Shown one piece after another: positions 54,401 to 64,000 of a stretch of 64,000 bases of DNA (positions within the stretch are counted from its first letter, which is position 1; the number at the start of each line of letters is the position of its first letter). The stretch lies in the NCBI RefSeq assembly GCF_009914755.1, contig NC_060933.1; one strand, given 5' to 3'. The notes beneath the pieces are model-generated. The model had not been told where the DNA came from and did not search any database. It was given only the letters and a program-made list of their open reading frames with translations. Both the position numbers and the translations under genes were made by a program. Origin of the DNA: the human T2T-CHM13v2.0 reference genome, Homo sapiens.

Positions 54401-57400
54401 CATTCCATTGCAATCGAGTTGAATCTATTGCATTCCATTCCATTCCATTCCGGAAGATTACATTCCATTGCATTCCATTCCATTCCATTCCCCTGCACTC
54501 GCGTTGATTCCATTCCATTCCATTCCATTCCATTCCATTCCATTCCATTCCATTCCATTCCTTTCCTTTCCATTCCATTGCATTCCATTCCATTCCATTC
54601 CATTCCATTCCGTTCCGTTCCATTCCTTTCCATTCCATTCTATTCGGGTTAATTCCATTCCATTCCATTCGATTGCAATCGAGTTGATTCCATTCCATTC
54701 CATTCCATTCCATTCCATTCCATTCCATTCCATTCCTTTCCATTCCATTACGGATGATTCAATTCCATTGCATTCCATTCCATTCCATTCCCTTGTACTC
54801 GGGTTGATTCCATTCCATTGCATTCCAATCCATGCCATTCCACTCGTGTTGATTCCATTCTTTCCATTCCATTCAAGTTGAATCCATTCCATTGCATTCC
54901 ATTCCATTCGATTCCATTCGATTGCACTCGGGTTGATTCCATTCCATTGCATTCCATTCCATTCCATTCCATTGCATTCCATTCCATTCCGTTACATTCC
55001 ATTTCATTACATTCAGATTGATTCTATTCAATTCCCTTACACTCCATTATATTCCAATCCATTCTGGTTGTTTCCATTCCATTCCATTCCATTTCACTCC
55101 ATTCCATTGCACTCGGGTTGATTCCATTCCATTCCATTCCATTGCATTCCATTACATTCCATTCCGGATGATTCCATTCCATTGCATTCCATTCCATTCC
55201 ATTCCCCTGCACTTGGGTTGATTCCATTCCATTCCATTACATTACATTCCGTTCCATTCCATTCCATTCCATTCGGATTGATTCTATTCAATTCCCTTAC
55301 ACTCGATTACATTCCATTCCATTCGGGTAGTTTCCATTCCATTCCATTCCATTCCTCTCCATTCCTTTGCTCTCGGGTGGATTCCATTCCATTCCATTCC
55401 ATTCCATTCCATTCCATTGCATTCCATTCCATTGTACTCGGGTTGATTCCATTCCATTGCATTCCATTCCTTTCCATTCCATTCCATTCCATTCCATTCC
55501 ATTCCGTTCCATTCCATTACATTCGGATTGATTCTATTCAACTCCCTTACTCTCCATTACATTCCATTCCATTCGGGTTGTTCCATTCCATTCCATTCCA
55601 TTCCACTCCATTCCATTGCAGTCGGGTTGATTCCATTCCATTCCATTCCATTCCATTCCATTCCATTCCATTCCATTCCATTCCATTCCGTTCCATTTCG
55701 TTCCACTCCATTCTATTCCGTATCATTCCATTCCATTCCATTCCATTCCATTCCATTCCATTCCATTGTACTCGGGTTGATTCAATTCCGTTGCATTCCA
55801 TTCCATTCCATTCCATTCCATTCCGTTGCATTCCATTCCATTACATTCGGATTGATTCTATTCAACTCCCTTACTCTCCATTACATTCCATTCCATTCGG
55901 GTTGTTCCATTCCATTCCATTCCATTCCACTCCATTCCATTGCTCTCGGGTTGATTCCATTCCATTCCATTCCATTCCATTCCATTCCGGATGATTCCAT
56001 TCCATTGCATTCCGTTCCATTACATTCCCCTGCACTCGCGTTGATTCCATTCCATTCCATTCCATTCCATTCAATTCCATTCCATTACAATTCGTTCCAT
56101 TCCATTCTATTCTGTACCATTCCATTCCATTCCATACCATTCCATTCCATTCCATTCCATTCCATTCCATTCCGTTCCAATCCGTTCCATTCCATTCCAT
56201 TCCATTCTATTCGGATTAATTCCATTCTATTCCATTCCATTCCATTCTATTCCATTCCATTGCAATCGAGTTGAATCCATTGCATTTCATTCCATTCCAT
56301 TCCATTCCATTCCATTCCGGAAGATTCCATTCCATTGCATTCCATTCCATTCCATTCCCCTGCACTCGCGTTGATTCCATTCCATTCCATTCCATTCCAT
56401 TCCATTCCATTCCGTTCCGTTCCGTTCCATTCCATTCCATTCCATTCCATTCCATTGCATTACGTTCCGTTCCGTTCCGTTCCATTCCATTCCATTCCAT
56501 TCTATTCGGGTTAATTCCATTCCATTCCATTCGATTGCAATCGAGTTGATTCCATTCCCTAACATTCCATTCCATTCCATTCCATTCCATTCCCTTCCAT
56601 TCCATTACGGATGATTCCATTCCATTGCATTCCATTCCATTCCATTCCCCTGTACTCCGGTTGATTCCATTCCATTCCTATTCCAAACCATGCCATTCCA
56701 CTCGTGTTGATTCCATTCTTTCCATTCCATTCAAGTTGAATCCATTCCATTGCATTCCATTCCATTCGATTCCATTCGATTGCACTCGGGTTGATTCCAT
56801 TCCATTGCAATCCATTCCATTCCATTCCATTGCATTCCATTCCATTCCGTTCCATTCCATTCCATTACATTCGTATTGATTCCATTCAATTCCTTTACAC
56901 TCCATTACATTCCATTCCATTCGGGTAGGTTTCATTCCATTCCATTCCATTCCTCTCCATTCCATTGCACTAGGGTTGATTCCATTCCATTGCATTCCAT
57001 TCCATTCCATTCCATTCCATTCCATTCCATTCCATTCCATTCCATTACGTATGATTCCATTCCATTGCATTCCATTCCATTCCATTCCCCTATACTCGGG
57101 TTGATTCCATTCCATTCCATTCCAATCCATGCCATTCCACTCGTGTTGATTCCATTCTTTCCATTCCATTCAAGTTGAATCCATTCCATTGCATTCCATT
57201 CCATTCGATTCCATTCGATTGCACTCAGGTTGATTCCATTCCATTGCATTCCATTCCATTCCATTCCATTCCATTCCGTTCCGTTCCATTCCATTCCATT
57301 CCATTCCATTCCATTCCGTTCCGTTCCATTCCATTCCATTCCATTCTATTCGGGTTAATTCCATTCCATTCCATTCGATTGCAATCGAGTTGATTCCATT

Positions 57401-60400
57401 CCATTCCATTCCATTCCATTCCATTCCTTTCCATTCCATTACGGATGATTCCATTCCATTGCATTCCATTCCATTCCATTCCCCTGTACTCGGGTTGATT
57501 CCATTCCATTCCATTCCAATCCATGCCATTCCACTCGTGTTGATTCCATTCTTTCCATTCCATTCAAGTTGAATCCATTCCATTGCATTCCATTCCATTC
57601 CATTCCCCTGCAGTCGGGTTGATTCCATTCCATTCCATTCCATTCCATTCCATTCCATTCCATTCCATTCCAATCAAGTTGATTCCATTCCATTCCATTC
57701 CATTGCATTCCATTCCATTCCACTCCATTCCAGTCCTTTCCATTCCATTCAACTCGGGTTGATTCCAATGTATTCCTTTCTATTCCATTCCATTCCATTG
57801 CAATCGAGTTGATTCCATTGCTTTGCATTCCATTCCATTCCATTCCATTCCGGATGATTCCATTCCATTGCATTCCATTCCATTCCATTCCCCTGCACTC
57901 GGGTTGATTCCATTCCATTCCACTCCATTGCATTCCATTCTATTCCATTGCATTCCATTCCATTCCCCTGCACTCGGGTTGATTCCATTCCATTCCATTC
58001 CATTCCATTCCATTCCATTCCATTCCTTTCCATTCCATTACGGATGATTCCATTCCATTGCATTCCATTCCATTCCATTCCCCTGTACTCGGGTTGATTC
58101 CATTCCATTCCATTCCAATCCATGCCATTCCACTCGTGTTGATTCCATTCTTTCCATTCCATTCAAGTTGAATCCATTCCATTGCATTCCATTCCATTCG
58201 ATTCCATTCGATTGCACTCGGGGTGATTCCATTCCATTGCATTCCATTCCATTCCATTCCATTCCATTCCATTCCATTCTGTTCCATTCCATTCCATTAC
58301 ATTCGGATTGATTCTATTCAATTCCCTTACACTCCATTACATTACATTCCATTAGGGTAATTTCCATTCCATTCCATTCCATTCCTCTCCATTCCATTGA
58401 ACTCGGGTTGATTCCATTCCATTGCATTCCATTCCATTCCATTCAATTCCATTCCGTTCCATTCCATTCCATTACATTCGGATTGATTCTATTCAACTCT
58501 ATTACTCTCCATTACATTCCATTCCATTCGGGTTGTTCCATTCCATTCCATTCCATTCCACTCCATTCCATTGCACTCGGGTTGATTCCATTCCATTCCA
58601 TTCCATTCCATTCCATTCCATTCCATTCCGGAAGATTCCATTCCATTGCATTCCATTCCATTCCATTCCCCTGCACTCGCGTTGATTCCATTCCATTCCA
58701 TTCCATTCCATTCCATTCCATTCCGTTCCGTTCCGTTCCATTCCATTCCATTCCATTCCATTCCATTCCATTCCATTCCGTTCCGTTCCATTCCATTCCA
58801 TTCCATTCTATTTGGGTTAATTCCATTCCATTCCATTCGATTGCAATCGATTTGATTCCATTCTATTCCATTCCATTCCATTCCATTCCTTTCCATTCCT
58901 TTCCATTCCATTACGGATGATTCCATTCCATTGCATTCCATTCCATTCCATTCCCCTGTACTCAGGTTGATTCCATTCCATTGCATTCCAATCCATGCCC
59001 TTCCACTCGTGTTGATTCCATTCTTTCCATTCCATTCAAGTTGAATCCATTCCATTGCATTCCATTCCATTCGATTCCATTCGATTGCACTCGGGTTGAT
59101 TCCATTCCATTGCATTCCATTCCATTCCATTCCATTCCATTCCATTCCGTTCCATTCCATTCCATTACATTCGGATTGATTCTATTCAATTCCCTTACAC
59201 TCCATTACATTCCATTCCATTCGGGTAGTTTCCATTCCATTCCATTCCATTCCTCTCCATTCCATTGCACTCGGGTTGATTCCATTCCATTGCATTCCAT
59301 TCCATTCCATTCAACTCGATTCCTTTCCATTCCATTCCATTACATTCGGATTGATTCTATTCAACTCCCTTACTCTCCATTACATTCCATTCCATTCGGG
59401 TTGTTCCATTCCATTCCATTCCATTCCACTCCATTCCATTGCACTCGGGTTTATTCCATTCCATTCCATTCCATTCCATTCCATTCCATTCCATTCAGGA
59501 AGATTCCATTCCATTGCATTCCATTCCATTCCATTCCCCTGCACTCGCGTTGATTCCATTCCATTCCATTCCATTCCATTCCATTCCATTCCATTCCTTT
59601 CCGTTCCATTCCATTCCATTCCGTTCCATTCCATTCCATTCCATTCCATTCCGTTCCGTTCCGTTCCGTTCCGTTCCATTCCATTCCATTCCATTCTATT
59701 CGGGTTAATTCCATTCCATTCCATTCGACTGCAATCGAGTTGATTCCATTCCATTCCATTCCATTCCATTCCATTCCTTTCCATTCCATTACGGATGATT
59801 CCATTCCATTGCATTCCATTCCATTCCATTCCCCTGTACTCGGGTTGATTCCATTCCATTCCATTCCAATCCATGCCATTCCACTCGTGTTGATTCCATT
59901 CTTTCCATTCCATTCAAGTTGAATCCATTCCATTGCATTCCATTCCATTCCATTCCCCTGCAGTCGGGTTGATTCCATTCCATTCCATTCCATTCCATTC
60001 CATTCCATTCCATTTCGTTCCGTTCCGTTCCATTCCATTCCATTCCATTCTATTCGGGTTAATTCCATTCCATTCCATTCCATTCCATTCCATTCCAAAC
60101 GAGTTGATTCCATTCCATTCCATTCCATTACATTCCACTCCATTCCAGTCCTTTCCATTCCATTACACTCGGGTTGATTCCAATGTATTCCTTTCCATTC
60201 AATTCCATTCCATTGCAATCGAGTTGATTCCATTGCTTTGCATTCCATTCCATTCCATTCCATTCCGGATGATTCCATTCCATTGCATTCCATTCCATTC
60301 CATTCCCCTGCACTCGGGTTGATTCCATTCCATTCAATTCCGTTCCCTTCCATTCCATTCCATTCCATTCTATTTGGGTTAATTCCATTCCATTCCATTC

Positions 60401-63400
60401 GATTGCAATCGTGTTGATTCCATTCCATTGCATTCCATTCCATTCCATTCCCCTGTACTCGGGTTGATTCCATTCCATTGCATTCTAATCCATGCCCTTC
60501 CACTCGTGTTGATTCCATTCTTTCCATTCCATTCAAGTTGAATCCATTCCATTGCATTCCATTCCATTCGATTCCATTCGATTGCACTCGGGTTGATTCC
60601 ATTCCATTGCATTCCATTCCATTCCATTCCATTCCATTACATTCGGATTGATTCTATTCAATTCCCTTACACTCCATTACATTCCATTCCATTCGGGTAG
60701 TTTCCATTCCATTCCATTCCATTCCTCTCCATTCCATTGCACTCGGGTTGATTCCATTCCATTGCATTCCATTCCATTCCATTCAATTCCATTCCGTTCC
60801 ATTCCACTCCATTACATTCGGATTGATTCTATTCAACTCCCTTACTCTCCATTACATTCCATTCCATTCGGGCTGTTCCATTCCATTCCATTCCATTCCA
60901 CTCCATTCCATTGCACTCGGGTTTATTCCATTCCATTCCATTCCATTCCATTCCATTCCATTCCGGAAGATTCCATTCCATTGCATTCCATTCCATTCCA
61001 TTCCCCTGTACTCGCGTTGATTCCATTCCATTCCATTCCATTCCATTCCATTCCATTCCATTCCTTTCCGTTCCATTCCATTCCATTCCATTCCATTCCA
61101 TTCCATTCCATTCTGTTCCGTTCCGTTCCATTCCATTCCATTCCATTCTATTCGGGTTAATTCCATTCCATTCCATTCGATTGCAATCGAGTTGATTCCA
61201 TTCCATTCCATTCCATTCCATTCCATTCCATTCCCTTCCGGATGATTCCATTCCATTGCATTCCATTCCATTCCATTCCCCTGTACTCGGGTTCTTTCCA
61301 TTCCATTCCATTCCAATCCATGCAATTCCACTCGTGTTGATTCCATTCTTTCCATTCCATTCAAGTTGAATCCATTCCATTGCATTCCATTCCATTCCAT
61401 TCCCCTGCAGTCGGGTTGATTCCATTCCATTCCATTCCATTCCATTCCATTCCATTCCATTCCGTTCCGTTCCGTTCCATTCCATTCCATTCCATTCCAT
61501 TCCATTCCATTCCGTTCCGTTCCGTTCTGTTCCATTCCATTCCATTCCATTCCATTCCATTCCATTCCATTCCGTTCCGTTCCATTCCATTCCATTCCAT
61601 TCTATTTGGGTTAATTCCATTCCATTCCATTCGATTGAAATCGAGTTGATTCCATTCCATTCCATTCCATTCCATTCCATTCCATTCCTTTCCATTCCAT
61701 TACGGATGATTCCATTCCATTGCATTCCATTCCATTCCATTCCCCTGTACTCAGGTTGATTCCATTCCATTGCATTCCAATCCAGGCCCTTCCACTCGTG
61801 TTGATTCCATTCTTTCCATTCCATTCAAGTTGAATCCATTCCATTGCATTCCATTTCATTCGATTCCATTCGATTGCACTCGGGTTGATTCCATTCTATT
61901 GCATTCCATTCCATTCCATTCCATTCCATTCCATTCCATTCCATTCCGTTCCATTCCATTCCATCACATTCGGATTGATTCTTTTCAATTCCCTTACACT
62001 CCATTACATTTCGTTCCATTCGGGTAGTTTCCATTCCATTCCATTCCATTCCTCTCCATTCCATTGCACTCGGGTTGATTGCATTCCATTGCATTCCATT
62101 CCATTCCATTCAATTCCATTCCATTCCATTCCATTTCATTCTATTCCATTTTACTCGGGTTGATTCCATTCCATTGCATTCCATTCCATTCCATTACGTT
62201 CCATTCCATTCCATTACTTTCGGGTTGATTCTATTCAACTCCCTTACTCTCCATTCCATTCCATTCCATTCCTGTTGTTCCATTCCATTCCATTCCATTC
62301 CACTCCATTCCATTGCACTGGGGTTGATTCCATTCCATTTCATTCCATTCCATTCAATTCCGGATGATTCCATTCCATTGCATTCCGATCCATTTCATTC
62401 CCCTGCACTCGGGTTGATTCCATTCCATTCCATTCCATTCCATACCATTCCATTCCATTCCATTCCATTCCAATTCTTTCCATTCCATTCAATTCCGTAC
62501 CATACCATTCCATTCCATACAATTCCATTCCATTCCATTCCATTCCATTCCATTCCGTTCCATTCCATTCCGTTCCGTTCCATTCCATTCCATTCCATTC
62601 TATTCCATCCCATTCCATTCCATTCTGTTCCGTTCCATTCCTTTCCATTCCATTCTATTCCATTCTATTGCATTCCATTGCAATCGAGTTGAATCTATTG
62701 CATTCCATTCCATTCCATTCCGGAAGATTACATTCCATTGCATTCCATTCCATTCCATTCCCCTGCACTCGCGTTGATTCCATTCCATTCCATTCCATTC
62801 CATTCCATTCCATTCCATTCCATTCCATTCCTTTCCTTTCCATTCCATTGCATTCCATTCCATTCCATTCCATTCCATTCCGTTCCGTTCCATTCCTTTC
62901 CATTCCATTCTATTCGGGTTAATTCCATTCCATTCCATTCGATTGCAATCGAGTTGATTCCATTCCATTCCATTCCATTCCATTCCATTCCATTCCATTC
63001 CATTCCTTTCCATTCCATTACGGATGATTCAATTCCATTGCATTCCATTCCATTCCATTCCCTTGTACTCGGGTTGATTCCATTCCATTGCATTCCAATC
63101 CATGCCATTCCACTCGTGTTGATTCCATTCTTTCCATTCCATTCAAGTTGAATCCATTCCATTGCATTCCATTCCATTCGATTCCATTCGATTGCACTCG
63201 GGTTGATTCCATTCCATTGCATTCCATTCCATTCCATTCCATTGCATTCCATTCCATTCCGTTACATTCCATTTCATTACATTCAGATTGATTCTATTCA
63301 ATTCCCTTACACTCCATTATATTCCAATCCATTCTGGTTGTTTCCATTCCATTCCATTCCATTTCACTCCATTCCATTGCACTCGGGTTGATTCCATTCC

Positions 63401-64000
63401 ATTCCATTCCATTGCATTCCATTACATTCCATTCCGGATGATTCCATTCCATTGCATTCCATTCCATTCCATTCCCCTGCACTTGGGTTGATTCCATTCC
63501 ATTCCATTACATTACATTCCGTTCCATTCCATTCCATTCCATTCGGATTGATTCTATTCAATTCCCTTACACTCGATTACATTCCATTCCATTCGGGTAG
63601 TTTCCATTCCATTCCATTCCATTCCTCTCCATTCCTTTGCTCTCGGGTGGATTCCATTCCATTCCATTCCATTCCATTCCATTCCATTGCATTCCATTCC
63701 ATTGTACTCGGGTTGATTCCATTCCATTGCATTCCATTCCTTTCCATTCCATTCCATTCCATTCCATTCCATTCCGTTCCATTCCATTACATTCGGATTG
63801 ATTCTATTCAACTCCCTTACTCTCCATTACATTCCATTCCATTCGGGTTGTTCCATTCCATTCCATTCCATTCCACTCCATTCCATTGCAGTCGGGTTGA
63901 TTCCATTCCATTCCATTCCATTCCATTCCATTCCATTCCATTCCATTCCATTCCATTCCGTTCCATTTCGTTCCACTCCATTCTATTCCGTATCATTCCA
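51470..64000. repeat. Near-identical duplication with 8.27-8.28 kb offset (about 51470-55730 repeated at 59750-64000), probably a tandem unit running off the window
   Basis: Identical translations at constant offset: 52368/60648 (8280); 53500/61770, 53805/62075 and 55284/63554 (8270). Private variants are shared: tccaggccct, gggttctttcc, catgcaattcc, tctcgggtgg. Confidence 0.9.

Larger units (their letters stand above)
1..64000. repeat. Satellite III (HSat3-type) array of diverged (CATTC)n/(GGAAT)n pentamers, extending past both window ends
   Basis: Continuous CATTC/GGAAT pentamers with no unique sequence. The interspersed A(C/T)TCGGGTTG (=CAACCCGA(G/A)T) decamer, characteristic of satellite 3, occurs throughout (e.g. 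831-840 actcgggttg). The CATTCGATTC-dominated pattern of HSat2 is only sporadic. Confidence 0.98.
33520..64000 (+). repeat. HSat3 block 3, C-rich (CATTC) strand on +
   Basis: From ggttgattccattccc (33520) to the end, the + strand reads cattc again. Confidence 0.97.

Noticed and set aside
1-64000. Hundreds of ORFs up to 393 aa (MEWNG- and IPFHS-repeat peptides)
   Set aside because: (GGAAT)n and (ATTCC)n contain no stop codon in any frame and GGAATG supplies ATGs. The ORFs therefore overlap in all six frames and simply translate the repeat. There is no domain-like content or frame preference.
1-64000. CRISPR-like repeat/spacer reading of words separated by pentamer runs
   Set aside because: There are no unique spacers, no constant unit length, and no leader or cas genes. 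The words are diverged pentamers that recur many times.
1-64000. HSat2, alpha satellite/CENP-B boxes, telomeric repeats, Alu or L1 insertions
   Set aside because: I saw no 171-bp monomers, TTAGGG arrays, poly-A tails or target-site duplications. CATTCGATTC occurs only as a minor word.
1-64000. Assignment to a chromosome or HSat3 subfamily (e.g. DYZ1, chr9, acrocentric arms)
   Set aside because: This needs subfamily k-mer classification or alignment to T2T assemblies. No regular 3.5 kb or 1.8 kb period is evident by eye.

Overview
The whole 64 kb is a primate Satellite III array (HSat3-type, (CATTC)n/(GGAAT)n) carrying the classic interspersed A(C/T)TCGGGTTG decamer and many other recurring variant words. 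It is heterochromatic satellite DNA, most likely human or great ape. I see no gene, RNA gene, transposon or CRISPR array, and all listed ORFs are translation artefacts of a stop-free pentamer. The notable structure is architectural. (1) A ~24.4 kb block (9097-33519) lies in the opposite orientation, with two sharp junctions: one is a ~49-bp near-perfect fold-back palindrome, the other a 5-bp microhomology join inside a quasi-palindromic word. (2) Kilobase-scale inverted paralogs span both junctions. (3) There is a patchwork of recent duplications (3.75 kb tandem, and offsets of ~3.9, 4.75, 5.85, 7.2, 8.27 and 17.07 kb) rather than one fixed higher-order repeat. (4) One recurring word, aTTCcgGAAgaTTCc, is a perfect three-unit heat-shock element, seen roughly 30-35 times. 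I found no novel coding system. Chromosome and subfamily cannot be assigned by eye, and duplication boundaries are approximate.
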